Shown here: in pieces, positions 39,983 to 53,339 of the stretch | Numbering within the stretch: the stretch's first letter is position 1 | How the letters are laid out: every line of letters starts with the position of its first letter | From: Octopus sinensis | Lineage: Eukaryota | Assembly: GCF_006345805.1 (NCBI RefSeq) | Contig: NC_043010.1 | Span: 11,408,001 to 11,472,000 of the forward strand | DNA: 64,000 nucleotides | Reading direction: 5' to 3' | Notes under the pieces: generated by a model | The model's database searches: none | What the model was told of the DNA's origin: nothing | The model's input: only the letters and a program-made list of their open reading frames with translations | Program-made: the position numbers and the translations under genes

Positions 39983-40714
39983 CCCTTTTGATGCCAATCC
40001 TGCTGAATCCACCTCTGGCTCTGTAGTACAAATCTCTTGTTTTTACATGTTCTGAATTAAAATCTTCCGCCCAAACCTTAGTCACAATTTATGTTCTTAA
40101 CACTAGCTTAATGATAACTAAGTTATTTTACTAAATCTATATATATAAAACTGTAGTTGTGTGCTGTCTGTCCCCTTCAATTTAGATTCCTAACTACTCC
40201 CACATTTTGCGGTGCAGTTTAACCAAATTCGGGTATCTTATAGTCGTGATTCATATCGAGGCCGTCTGAATATTAGCGCGTGTCTACGATGAGTCTACGA
40301 TTTTAAAAATAATTTAACATCATTTTTTATTCCATTTTAATGCATAATTTTTCGTGTGTCGATGGCGGCGGAGTTGGCGTCCATGGTCACAGCTGCACCT
40401 GTGTTGCTTCTCCCCCTTCTTCCCTCCCTCATGAAGCTGTGGGGAAGGGAGTGTAAGGAAATCAACGTCGTAAAGCGTTGTCAAGGAGACCAGCGTTCTT
40501 TTAGAACAACGACTTCATGGCTTGAAGACACCAAAACAGAAATGGCTAAGAAAGCCCGAATTGGCATCTATAAGGGAAGTAACTCTCTAAAAATGCTTAT
40601 ATAGTTATTTCCCTTACAAACCCGAGCAACGCCGGGCGATACTGCTAGTTTTTATATTTAAAATTAATTGAAAGAAACACAGTGCACCTCAAAATGAATA
40701 TGGCAATGAAAGGG
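39983..40714. mobile_element. piggyBac-type MITE interrupted by the Helitron
   Basis: TTAA flanks at 39979-39982 and 40715-40718. 14-bp imperfect TIRs CCCTTTTGATGCCA and CCCTTTCATTGCCA. Confidence 0.7.
40136..40648 (+). mobile_element. Non-autonomous Helitron
   Basis: Starts TCTATATATATAAAA, has subterminal hairpin CCCGAGCAACGCCGGG, ends CTAG, and is inserted between A and T with no TSD. Confidence 0.85.
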
Positions 40715-41112
40715 TTAAGACTATAAAAAAAAAATATGAGGGAATTTAGCTGCTATTTATTGCAGGTCAAGCGTCCTTAGAGAAAACACTCTCAATGGTT
40801 CAGGAGTGCATGGTAGCTTCTGGAACATGCAGTGCATCAAGTCACCTATCCACTTTTAATTTAGTTATACTGTATTCAATACATAACAGTAAGAGGAAGG
40901 ATACAGCAAATTTTATAAGTATGGAAGCAGCTAAGTGATTTCTTTCCCCTTTAAAAAGGAAGAAAAATGGTTAAAGACTAACCAGTGAGATATCTTTCTG
41001 TGTTGTAAAGAAAATAAATGAAAATTACATCTGAATGAGTGATATTCGTGATATATACTCTAAAATATGTCCTTACATCATAGCTTGACTTTGTTAAATT
41101 AAAGAAGACATC

Positions 41113-41301
41113 TGGTGGTGGTGGTAGTGGTAGTGGTGGTGGTGGTGGTTGTGGTGGTGGTGGTGGTGGTGGTATACAGTTGGAGCTGGATGGGTTTGGG
41201 TTATGGCATCCTGTGACGATGATTTCCTTCCCAATAGAAAAGCAATCTTCAATCCAACCCAATCCAAAAGCACTCAATCTTTTCTTTGCTTTCCAGTCTT
41301 T

Positions 41302-41333
<32 letters not shown>

Positions 41334-41650
41334 TACCACCACCATCACCACCACCACCACCGCCGACAATACCATCATCGTCTTCATCATCATCCTCATC
41401 ATCATTATCTTCTTCTTCTTCTTCTTCTTCTATTCTTCCTCTCCTCCTCTGCTTCCTCTCCTTGCTCATCCTGTCTTCTCCGACCCCTTCTTCCTCCTCT
41501 TCCTTGTCCTGCATATTCCTTGTTAATTTCCTTCAACTAAATGTCTTCCAAAAGAGATTTCTATACCACCACCACCACCACCACGAACCACCACCATCAC
41601 CACCACCACCACCACGAACCACCACCATCACCACCACCACCACCACCGTC
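41113..41650. repeat. Mixed trinucleotide tracts (GGT, CAT, CTT, CAC)
   Basis: Direct reading. Confidence 0.9.
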
Positions 41651-41749
41651 ACCACTGCTTTTTAACGATGTCCTCTTCAACAACACATCATTGCCATTGC
41701 AGCTTCCATTTACTTACACACGCACACACACGTTTACACACTTATATTT

Positions 41750-41783
<34 letters not shown>

Positions 41784-42393
41784 ATACATATATATATATG
41801 TATGGGTGTGTATATATATATATATATATATACATACATACATACATATATATATATATATCTATATATATATATATATATATAGATACATACATACATA
41901 CATATATATATGTATGTATGTATGTATATACATATATAAATTCTCTCTTTCTGCTTAACTTGATTAACAGTGAATTTGAAATATATATCATTGCAGTAAC
42001 TAGCGATACTGGCTTCAGGCACTTTCTAACACTTATCTCCCTATTATGTTGTTTTTGGAAAAATCATTAAAATACACCCCTGGATGCTGGCAGACTAATT
42101 TAATTGTTATCTTTTCACTGCTTCTTCTATTCTACATTAGTCTTCAGAGATTTACTGCTATATACAGCAATCCAATTCTACAAGGCAATGAAGCATGTTC
42201 GCTGATATATATATATTCATGCCAATCCACATGTGCAAAGTGATATAGACATACCATGCAAATCTTTTAGTTCATGCTATTTCATTTTAAACATTTATAA
42301 ATGATTGTATGTATGCACGTATGTTCATACATACTTATTAAAGCTTAAACAGCAATACACATGTATGTATGTATGTATGTATGTATGTATGTA

Positions 42394-42811
42394 TACTCTT
42401 TTACTCTTTTACTTGTTTCAGTCATTTGACTGCAGCCATGCTGGAGCACCACCTTTAGTCGAGCAAATCGACCCCGGCACTTATTCTTTTTGTAAGCCCA
42501 GTACTTATTCTATCGGTCTCTTTTGCCGAACCACAAAGTGATGGGGACGTAAACACACCAGCATCGGTTGTTAAGCAATGCTAGGGGGACAAACACAGAC
42601 ACACAAACACATACACACACATACATATATATATATATACATATATACGACGGGCTTCTTTCAGTTTCCGTCTACCAAATCCACTCACAAGGCATTGGTC
42701 GGCCCGGGGCTATAGCAGAAGACACTTGCCCAAGATGCCACGCAGTGGGACTGAACCCGGAACCATGTGGTTGGTTAGCAAGCTACTTACCACACAGCCA
42801 CTCCTGCGCCT
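42394..42811 (-). mobile_element. SINE family A, young subfamily
   Basis: Full length, inserted in (ATGT)n. Confidence 0.92.
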
Positions 42812-43399
42812 ATGTATGTATGCATGTATGTATTTATGCATGTATGTATGCATGTATGTATGTATGTATGTATGTATCTGTCTATCTATCTATCTATTTT
42901 TTCTTTTTTCTTTTCTTTTGTTTCTTTTCCTTTTTTTTCTTTTTTTTTTCTTCTTTCCCTTTTACGATCCCTTTTGATCCAAAACCTACCCCACTATTTT
43001 TTTTTCTTTCCAAAAAAAGAAAAGCTCCACTTTGTAATCCGTCCCGTCTGTGTGCAGCCCTGTGTGGCTAATAAAGAACCATATCTATCTGTCTGTCTGT
43101 CTGTCTGTCTATTTGTTTGTCTGTCTGTCTATGTATTTCTCAATCAATTGACCATTCTATCTGTCTGTCTATGTATCTAACTATCTGTGTATCTATTGCA
43201 CACTCACACACACACATACACACACACATACACACACACACACGTGCAGGCATGGCTGCGTGATAAGAAGAGTTTTTCCCTAGCACCTGGTTACAGGTTC
43301 AGTTCCATCACATGGCACTTTGGGCAAGTGTATTCTACTTAACTTCAGGCTGACCAAAACTGTAGTAGCTTATTTGGTAGACAGAAACTGTAAAGAAGC

Positions 43400-43575
43400 C
43401 TTTCTTTTCTCTCTCCATTATTCTTCATTCTCCCTCCGTTTTTTCCCTTCACAATCCTCTCTGTCAAAGAGCACAGGTGCAAAAGTGTCAAAGACTTTTC
43501 AATTCTTCCCAAGCGTTAAACTAATACACCTGACTGTTGTTCCCTCACCTGTCTTCATCTTTCGTTTCCTGTAAA
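43400..43575 (+). repeat. Old copy of the same repeat family with a decayed hammerhead-like motif (43457-43495)
   Basis: CTCTGTCAAAGAGCACAGGTGCAAAAGTGTCAAAGAC, followed by TTCCCAAGCGTTAAACTAATACACC. Confidence 0.4.
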
Positions 43576-45020
43576 TTTGATTTATATTTATGCATCATCA
43601 TCATCATCATTTAACGTCCACCTTCCATGCTAGCATGGGTGGGATGGTTTCACATGAAATGGCCAAGCAGAATCCCGCACCAGACTTCTGTGACTATTTT
43701 GGCAGGATTCTTACAGCTGGATGTCCTTCCTAACACCAACCACTCAGCAGAGTAGACTTAGTACATTTTACGCGGCAGAAGCACAGGCAAGGCCTGTTTT
43801 GGCAAGGTTTTTACAGCTGGATTCCCTTCCAAATGCCAACCACTTTACAGTGTGGACTGGGTGGTTTTAAGTGGCACCTGCATTGACAGTGTCACCAAGT
43901 ATGTATGTCATTATTCAGCATTATTTCAAGATTTCTTATCAATAGAGAAAGAGCTGGTTTCTAACCTAGATCCACAGCTCCTTCACTGGAATTACAACAT
44001 CAATGACAGGGTATTTTTGTATGTATGCATCTATATGTGCAGATCCCTTTTTTTTTTTATATATATGTGTTCTCATGCATATAATTGCATATCTAGACAT
44101 GCTCATATATACTTTACTGCTAAACTTCACCAAAGTTTTACAGATTTTTACAATTCCAGTGATGGATTGGATCCATAGTCTTCAAATTAGCTTTCTCTTT
44201 CTGGTTTTGAGAAGCCTGATTTCTCAAGATGGATATTTAGGCAGTGTGTTACATATCCCAGTACCCCAATAATTACAGGTATAAACCTGAACTTATAATC
44301 TGGATATGTATGTATATGTATATGGCCTGCTCGCTTAGCCAGCAGGGTGGCGTCATTTGAAGGCTAAAACAATGCGAAGCGCATTGTGACCAGCGATGTG
44401 TAACAACATCTGATGGTCTGGTCGGTTACGTGATATGTATATGTATGTATATGTATGTGTGTCTTCATGTTTGTATTTGTCCTCTACAGTTGCTTGATAG
44501 CTGGTGTTAGTGTGTTTACATCCCCGTAACTTAGCAGTTCAGCAAAAGAGTCCAATAGAATAAGTACCAGGCCTAAGAAAAAGGTAAGCACTGGGGTTGA
44601 TTTGTTCAACTAAAGTCCTTCACATGGTGCCCCAACATAACCAACACTACCACCGCTTTAATAGCTACTACCATTCTTCGTATATTACTTGCTTATCCTC
44701 TATTCCCCATCTTCTATTCTCACTAGGACCACATTCCATCAGGTAAACATTCTTTTTCTCTCTATCTGTATTTCTGTCTATCTATCCTTCTGTCTCTCTG
44801 CCTCTCCCTTTAGCTAACCATTTCATATCATAACATACGTACACTAGCATATTAATATTGTAGATAATAAACAGTAATAATGATAAAGTAACCCGTTGTC
44901 TTAAAGAATAGTTTTTATTTCTAATTAAATAAAATAAGCCTCCTCTTATATACTGTTGTTTAACCCAAGGTCAGGCTTGATTAAGCAGACCTATAATAAA
45001 AAGCAGTCCAACCATGACTA

Positions 45021-45428
45021 TACTCTTTTACTTGTTTCAGTCATTTGACTGCGGCCATGCTGGAGCACCGCCTTTAGTCAAGCAAGTTGACCCCAGGACT
45101 TATTCTTTGCAAGCCTAGTACTTATTCTATCGCTCTCTTTTGCCGAACCGCTAGGTTACGGGGACGTAAACATGCTAGCATCGGTTATCAAGCGATTTGG
45201 GGGGGACAAACACAGACACACAAACATATACACACACATACATATACATATATATACATATATACGACGGGCTTCTTTCAGTTTCCGTCTACCAAATCCA
45301 CTCACAAGGCTTTGGTCGGCCCGAGGCTATAGTAGAAAACACTTGCCCAAGGTGCCATGCAGTGGGACTGAACCCAGAACCATGTGGTTGGTAAGCAATC
45401 TACTTACCACACAGCCACTCCTGCGCCT
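45021..45428 (-). mobile_element. SINE family A
   Basis: Full length. Confidence 0.92.
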
Positions 45429-46737
45429 ATCTCTTCTTTTGTGTATCTAGAACTATATTGTTTGAGATATCTTTCTTTCTTTTCATGGCAGTAGGTTATG
45501 TTTTGAGGGAGATTATGTTGATGTCATTCCTTGCAGCCCAAGCAGCAGCCACTAAGAGATTCTCTTTGTCAGCTTAAGTTTCCTCGAATTCTATGATATA
45601 TTAATGGAGAAGGTTTAGAACAGTTTCAGAATGTTCTCGTAGGTACTTGAGTTCTCTATCATGTTTCATGTATATATTTTATGCTTAAAGACAGTGAAAA
45701 CCTTCTTAAATGAATGCCATCACTTATCTATCTAAACCCTTATCTGATGTAACCCATCACCAAGTGGAATATTATCTATTATAGGAGACCTGTTATCTTT
45801 CTGATAACACAAACTTTGACCTTTGAAGAATCTCCAGGCTGTTTTTACTTCATGTATTTCTCACTGCTATAGTCGTAGACATTACATCAAAGAATTCTAT
45901 AAGCATCAACTCATCATAATCAGCTACGAAATCTTCATTCCAATTGAGTGAATCAAATCTAGAAATGAAATATTACATTAGCATAATTCCATTTTTTTTC
46001 ATCTTAACCACCTGCCACAAATGTTAGATGGAATGATATCTATAGACTATTCCATTGACTGTAAATGGATGAGCAAAAAAAATGAATATATATAAATAAT
46101 AAAATAATATAAAATATTAAATATCGGCGTCTCGAATACTGAATGAAAAAGTGTCACTAAATGTCATAGCAATTAAATCTTTAAATAAGCATTCTAAAGA
46201 TGTCAGAACCAAAATATATGAAATTATAATCATTTTGCAAGGAACCAAAAGTATAAATGGATATACCCCTTTAGGTGTGTTTTTACTGAAGAGAGATAAG
46301 TAATATTTGAATATATTAGAGACGGTAATGTTAAAAAATATAAGTATTTAAAAAATGATAAGAGAGAGCATGCAATGAGATTCGTCATGATAAAATTACA
46401 TTGACTGCCATATTTCTGCATTGGATTATGTTGAAATGTTAGTTATCTTTTTGTAGTTGCATATAACTATAGAATGAAATGCAGAATTGTTCCATAGCCA
46501 TAGAATCAAGTACAGAGTCAACAGAACAGTTATATTATCCACTTGTTTTTTGGGTTTTTTAAAAAATTTTTTACTGATGCAGCCTGAACTTTGCAGAAGA
46601 GTCAGGTAAAGGAAATTTATGCCCTTCATGGTGATTGATGAGACATGAGCACTCCGTTAGACCCCCTGGAAGGACGTAGTTCTCAGCCACGAGATACAGG
46701 TGCGAGCAGGATTGCCCAGTACCTTCTTACAGCATGG

Positions 46738-47119
46738 GGAGGCGCAATGGCCCAGTGGTTAGGGCAGCAGACTCGCGGTCATAGGATCGTGGTTTCGATT
46801 CCCAGACCGGGTGTTGTGAGTGTTTATTGAGCGAAAACACTTAAAGCTCCACAAGGCTCCGGCAGGGGATGGTGGTGATCCCTGCTGTACTCTTTCACCA
46901 CAACTTTCTCTCACTCTTACTTCCTGTTTCTCTTGTACCTGTATTTCAAGGGGCCGGCCTTGTCACTCTCTGTGTCACGCTGAATATCCCCGAGAACTAC
47001 GTTAAGGGTACACGTGTCTGTGGAGTGCTCAGCCACTTACACGTTAATTTCACGAGCAGGCTGTTCCGTTGATTCGGATCAACCAGAACCCTCGTCGTCG
47101 TAACCGACGGAGTGCTTCC
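46738..47119 (+). mobile_element. SINE family B (tail type 1)
   Basis: Full length, with 12-bp TSD CTTACAGCATGG. Confidence 0.92.
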
Positions 47120-47261
47120 TCCTTACAGCATGGATACACTGGGCTGTTACCCAGGGCCCTACAAGTCTAGTGGTCTGCTTTGCCTTGCTGTCAATGAATC
47201 AATAATAAAGGGCTTAACACATTGATTTGTCCAGGGGCCTACAATACAGCTGAGATAGCCC

Positions 47262-47438
47262 AGGAATTGCCAAGTTTGGAAGATGTCCTCATCAGGAATG
47301 CCATCTGAAAAGCAAAGACAACATGGCCAGACTCATCTAAGCTATTAGGTTTGTGTAAATAGAAATATGAAACAAATGAGTGATAATCTTGATGTAGATA
47401 TACAAAACTCATTAAAGAGATGCCTGGAGAATAGCTGG
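47262..47438 (+). pseudogene. Possible RTE reverse-transcriptase C-terminal relic
   Basis: ELPSLEDVLIRNAI*KA..WPDSSKLL and DIQNSLKRCL loosely match RTE LPSIE..LI..QLRWAGH..RMPD and YKDSLKR. Confidence 0.3.
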
Positions 47439-47619
47439 GATGTAAAAAGCACCCACTACACTCACGGAGTGGTTGGCGTTAGAAAGGGCATCCAGCTGTA
47501 GAAACACTGCTAGATCAAGACTGGAGCCTGGTGCGGCCTCCTGGGTTCCCAGACCCCAGTTGAACCATCCAACCCATGCCAGCATGGAAAGCGGACGTTA
47601 AACGATAATGATGATGATG
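47439..47619 (+). mobile_element. 5'-truncated family E retroposon with no VNTR
   Basis: Starts at TGTAAAAAGCACCCACTAC and ends GGACGTTAAACGATAATGATGATG. Confidence 0.8.
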
Positions 47620-47631
47620 GTGACCTGGTGA

Positions 47632-47856
47632 CCTGGCAGAAACGTTAACACGCCGGTCCAAATGCCTAGTGGTATTTCATCTGCCGTTACGTTGTGAGTT
47701 CAAATTCCGTCGAGGTCGACTTTGCCTTTCATCCTTTCGGGGTCAATAAATTAAGTACCAGTTACGCACCGGGGTCGATGTAATCGACTTAATACCTATG
47801 TCTGTCCTTGTTTGTCCCCTCTGTGTTTAGCCCCTTGTGGGTAATAAAGAAATAGG
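47632..47856 (+). mobile_element. SINE family C inserted in the GAT tail of a family E copy
   Basis: Family C body with GAT runs on both flanks. Confidence 0.85.
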
Positions 47857-47858
47857 TA

Positions 47859-47893
<35 letters not shown>

Positions 47894-48323
47894 AAGTATG
47901 AAGACAGTTACGATTATGAGTAATCAACAACAACAGAAGAGGGAGAGAAAAGTCAAGGAATACCAGACAATATATCATTCACACTGGGAACATATATCAT
48001 AATTTTTTTTTTTTTTACACTTATTTAAAAGAAATAAGAATAACATTATTATATATTGCAGAAAATTAGAAAATATTCTTCGTTAAAAAAGTATGAAACT
48101 TACATATTAAATTATGTCAGCTCCAAAATGTTTGTGTGCAAGTTCTAATTTGGCCCAAATTCTATATGTAATAAAAATTTCACATGTTTACACACTCACA
48201 TATATAATTTAAAAATAGGATAAAATCTTCATAAGAATTTATCAAGTAGTTAGCGTGAAAAACCTCATAAGAGAAAAAAAACCATCGATTTTTTCTTTTA
48301 AATTTATTTATTTATATTATATA

Positions 48324-48508
48324 GAGGGCACTGTTACACATAGATGCCTCACGCTGGGAGGGACTCTTAAAGTACTAAAGTACTAAACAACTAAAATAAA
48401 CTAGGCCTGCTTCGAGAATTGTTTTGCTACGACGTGTTTATTTATTTTAGTAGTTTTGACTTTAAGAGTCCCTCCCAGTGTGAGGCATCTATGTGTAATA
48501 GTGCACTC
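48324..48508. mobile_element. MITE-like element with ~50-bp TIRs in TA-rich flanks
   Basis: GAGGGCACTGTTACACATAGATGCCTCACGCTGGGAGGGACTCTTAAAGT versus its reverse complement at the right end, with 3 mismatches over 50 bp. Confidence 0.7.
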
Positions 48509-49075
48509 ACGTATATAAGCACATTGTTATTATTATTATTATTAGCACATCTAACAACACAACAACAGAACTGATATCCTAAAACCGAAATGCCATGTAC
48601 AAAAAGCATTGGTGTGGGAGCAGATGTCACGTAAAAAGCACTGGTGATAAGGCCATGTAGAAAGCAACCAGCACACTCTGGTATTAAGAAGGGCACCCAG
48701 CTGTAGAAACCAAGCCAAAACTGACCATGGAACTTAGTGGATCCTCTGGCCTGCCAAGTCCCTGGCAAGCTATCTAACCCATTCTGGCATGGAAAAGAGA
48801 TGCTAAATGATAATGATGATATCTAATACAATATATAAGCCATTTATGGTGGTTTGCCTTTTTAACGAGAGTTAAATGCTTAAAAACAATTTGTAAAAGA
48901 TATAAAAGTCTTCATTAACAAATAGTTAATATTTCCTTAGGGATGCCTAGTGTTTAGAATATAATTTTACCAATGTTTTATACATAAGCAATTACATGGT
49001 AGAAGAGATGTTTTAGTCATTCGAGTACACACAAAAACTATTAACTTCATTTCCTTTTTATATTTTAACGGAATA

Positions 49076-49475
49076 TCTTTATATATAAAAGAGAGGTTGT
49101 GTGCTGTCTGTCTCCTACGATTTAGATTCCTAACTACTCCCACATTTTGCAGTGCAGTTTAACCAAAACCGGGTATCTTATAGTCGTGATTCATATCGAG
49201 CCCTTCTGGGTATTAGCGCACGTCTACGATGAGTCTATGATTTAAAAAAAAATTTACCATAATTTTTTCCCATTTTTAATGCATTTTTGGCATATATAAG
49301 GGAAGTAACTCTCTATAAATTTATTATTAAATCTCAGAACATAAAAAGCTACAGTAACACCCCCCACCTTTGTGGTTAGCCATATTGAGATGGCTATTAT
49401 ACTTTACATCTCTAAAAATGCTTATATATAGTTATTTCCCTTACAAACCCGAGCAACGCTGGGCGATACTGCTAG
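49076..49475 (+). mobile_element. Second non-autonomous Helitron of the same family
   Basis: Starts TCTTTATATATAAAA, ends CCCGAGCAACGCTGGGCGATACTGCTAG, with A/T flanks. It aligns with 40136-40648 apart from two indels. Confidence 0.85.
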
Positions 49476-50193
49476 TCTACTATAAAATGTCAAAATATTT
49501 GTCACACTTATGAGATTCTCTCACTGATACAATTCGTCTGTGTTATAAACATATATAAGTGACCAGGCATCAGAAGGCTGATAGATTTCCCCCCAACACC
49601 TAAATTCATAATAGAAAATCTTATTAAAAATGAATGAAGGTAAACATAAAAGGCTTATAGCGTGTTTCTTAGATGGCTGAAATAGCTTTTCCCCAATGTA
49701 GGTGTTTCAGTTTCTACACAAGGTGTAAAATAAAATCACTGGACGTGCAACTTTGAAATGATAAGTAAGATTGCAAAGAATGATCATCAGAGATTTTAAC
49801 TTGTGTGTTGTTCATGCAATATGGGAAGGGGTACAGTGCAAGACTTTCATCAGTAGGAGTAATGATTGTGTTTGAATACTAGCAAAAATAGTACTCTGCA
49901 CATCACCGCCTTGTCATATTCTTGTAAATTTTCAAGTTCCTTTCTATAGTAGTAGCACATGAGGTGTAAAGATTGCTTTAAGACACACACACACACACAC
50001 ACACACATATATGTATGTATGTATGTATGTGTATACATGTATATATGTTTCAGAGCGGATCTCAGAATTAAACAGCCGAAATCTGCGATGAGGGATCAGT
50101 TTCTGACTGAAGAATGAAGGCTTTGAATGACCCGTTTGTCTTTTTGTTCGTCTCTTCGTGTATTTCACGTTATTTATTTATATAAAGGTCTAT

Positions 50194-50224
<31 letters not shown>

Positions 50225-50304
50225 ATATATGTATGTATGTTCGTATATATATGCAGCCATGTATGTATATATATATATTATAGAGAGGAGAGAGAAGAGA
50301 GAGA

Positions 50305-50392
<88 letters not shown>

Positions 50393-50397
<5 letters not shown>

Positions 50398-50671
50398 GCA
50401 GTGAATATATTGTCATCTAAATTAAGCAAAAAGGGAAATATCACTGCCATCTCATTTTAAAAGATATATTTACCAAAATTACATAAAAATATCTTGAAAT
50501 ACCAAATTCCAACTTTCTGGCAAAATGAAATGCGTCATAGGGCTGTTTATCTCACAGATGGTGCCCAACTGACCCTACTATACTGTGTAGTCGACAAAAT
50601 CAAAAATAAATACAATGTGCATGTAGGAAATTAGAAATATAAAATGGCAACAATTTACCCATCACACCCTG
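50393..50671 (-). mobile_element. ~280-bp non-autonomous deletion derivative of the maT element at 8320-9199
   Basis: Left part matches ~8320-8430 and right part matches ~9035-9199. The right TIR ends ATCACACCCTG followed by TA. Confidence 0.85.
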
Positions 50672-50719
50672 TATATATGTATGCATGTATGTATATTGGT
50701 TTAAAAAGCAATAGTGTAT

Positions 50720-51050
50720 ACATGTGAATGTATGTATGTGTGTGTGGGTGTGAGGTTGTAAAAGACAAAGTTATAGGCACACAAAATAAAGAGTATAAGA
50801 TACATAAGTGTACTCTGATGAGCACCAGCATTCATAGAAATTTGTGAGGAAAGCCTCCAGAGTACAGTCTTTGAAAGACCGGACAGACTGCAAAAATTCT
50901 GACTGAAGAGATGATTAGACAATTATCAGTTGAATTCGGTATGAATTTCTGATCCTAGACATGGTTAAAGGTTTTGCTGATGCTAAAGGCCACTGGTACA
51001 TGGTAAAGGGGAACAAACTTCCAGTAGATCAACTCCATGGAAATAATCCT
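50720..51050 (-). pseudogene. Non-LTR (CR1/L2/Jockey-like) reverse transcriptase relic
   Basis: Fragments *STGSL (RSTGDL), FSISKTFNHV* (LDISKAFDRVW) and ISMNAGAHQSTLMYLILFIL (INAGVPQGSVLSPTLFLL) occur in the expected order. Confidence 0.6.
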
Positions 51051-51312
51051 TTCTACAATAGGTACAAGGCCTGAAATTTGGGGGAGGGGGTAAGTTGATT
51101 ACATAAACCCCCCTGCTCAACTGGTACTTATTTTACTGGTCCTGAAATTATAAAAGGCATAGCTGACCGCGGCCGAATTTGAATTCAGAATGAAGTGACA
51201 GACAAAATGCTGCTAAGTATTTAGCCTGGCATGCTAACAACTCTGGCAGGTTGCAGCCTTGCTCCATAGAAATGATAAAGGCAATCATTACAAAATGAAA
51301 GTGACTCAACAT

Positions 51313-51720
51313 AGGCGCAGGAGTGGCTGTGTGGTAAGTAACTTGTTTACCAACCACATGGTTCCGGGTTTAGTCCCACTGCGTGGCACCTTGGGCAAGT
51401 GTCTTCTACTATAGCCTCGGGCCGACCAAAGCCTTGTGAGTGGATTTGGTAGATGGAAACTGAAAGAAGCCCGTTGTATATATGTATATATATATAGCAT
51501 GTGTGTGTCTGTGTTTGTGTGTCTGTGTTTGTACTCCTAGCATTGCTTGACAACCGATGCTGGTGTGTTGGACACCCGTTACTTAGCGGTTCGGCAAAAG
51601 GACCGATTGAATAAGTACTGGGCTTACAAAAGAATAAGTCCCGGGTCGATTTGCTTGACTAAAGGCGGTGCTCCAGCATGGCCGCAGTCAAATGACTGAA
51701 ACAAGTAAAAGAGTAAAAAG
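51313..51720 (+). mobile_element. SINE family A
   Basis: Full length. Confidence 0.92.
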
Positions 51721-52079
51721 AAAGAGAGTAACATAATAACGGTAAGTGGTTTTTCATGCCAGTTCCTAGTGATCTTTTGAATGTTGTTGTTTTAATTGTA
51801 CATCTCTAGGTCAGTCCTAACTGCACAGGCCTTCCATGTTCAAATACATTCCAGCAATACTGATATGCAAGCAGAGGTGTTTGCTTATAGACTTCTATAT
51901 AAAACCTGTCTGACCATGGAAACAGATGAGAGTTGGTGATGAGAAAGGCATCCAGCCATAGACATCTTCCTCAAAAAATTTTGTCTGACCCATGCAAGCA
52001 TGAAATGGTGGACATTATATGGTTGTGCTGATAACGATTATAAATATATTTATATATATAGTCATTTATACACACACAC

Positions 52080-52121
<42 letters not shown>

Positions 52122-53107
52122 TAAACAATATAAGATACTAAATATACATTAAGTGAAAACTAAAAACAATACTTAAATATATATATATATGTATGTATGT
52201 ATATATATATATTAAAGTATATTTATTAATTAATTATTTTATTATTCTAGTTTATTTTTAACCTGAGGAGTGGCTATATTTATATCGAATTGATTTTACT
52301 ACTACTATTAATTTTTTTACTATAATCATTTCTTAAATATAGCCACGAAACACGTGTTGTTATTCTACCAAATATATACGTCTTTATTATTATTTTGCAA
52401 TTTACTTAATCATTGGTATATTATTGTTATTTTAATTTTACTACTTCTATTATATGTAATTTTCTAGATAGTGTAATTTAATTGTTCATTTTGAATTGAT
52501 AAAAGGTGTTTTTTTCCAATGTTCATATATATATATATATACACCATGCACACACATACATGTGCATATATATATGTATATATACATACATAATTTCATA
52601 TATAAAATTATAAATTATTAATTAATTAATTAATTAATTTAATCATTTTATTATTATTATTGAATTATAATTTACTCCCTGATCAAAAACTGCAGTTTCT
52701 GCGGGATTACTCATAACATACATGTGGGCATTGAGGATAAATACGTGTTGGTTGAATATCTGTTATGCGATGACACTTGATCGCGTACATATTTAATTCC
52801 AGCACTCTCAAATTTTTATCTTGAAATGCTGCACTGAAGTGGTGAAATACGGAAGTAAATATTACTTTACTTTAATCTCGAAACGTGTATGCAGCTAATC
52901 TGAGTCATGTGGTTTTATTATTTTTCTTTTTGCCTACGTAAAAAAGTGTGTTATTGTCTGGGAAATCTTTATGGTAGCAGAAAAGGCATTTTAACTGTTT
53001 TAACTATTTCTAAATAGTGAAGCAATTAGCTGACCTCTGATTTCAATTATGATTATAATTATAGAATATTTGCATAAATTCATATATGTGTATAGATATA
53101 TATATAT

Positions 53108-53339
53108 TTCTTTACTACACACAAGGGGCTAAACACAGAGGGGACAAACAAGGACAGACAAAGGGATTAAGTCGATTACATCGATCCCACCCAGTGCGTA
53201 ACTGGTACTTAATTTATCGACCCCGAAAGGATGAAAGGCAAAGTGGACCTCGGCGGAATTTGAACTCAGAACGTAACGGCAGACGAAATACCGCTAAGCA
53301 TTTCGCCCGGCGTGCTAACGTTTCTGCCAGCTCGCCGCC
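53108..53339 (-). mobile_element. SINE family C
   Basis: Full body with TGTATAGATATATATAT on both flanks. Confidence 0.88.

Noticed and set aside
46738-46812. tRNA gene
   Set aside because: It has A/B boxes but no complete cloverleaf, and it continues into a SINE body with a TSD. The same applies to the other SINE heads.
50045-50180. Another hammerhead-like motif
   Set aside because: GGGATCA..TGACCC pairing is present, but there is no GAAA arm or CUGANGA core in register.
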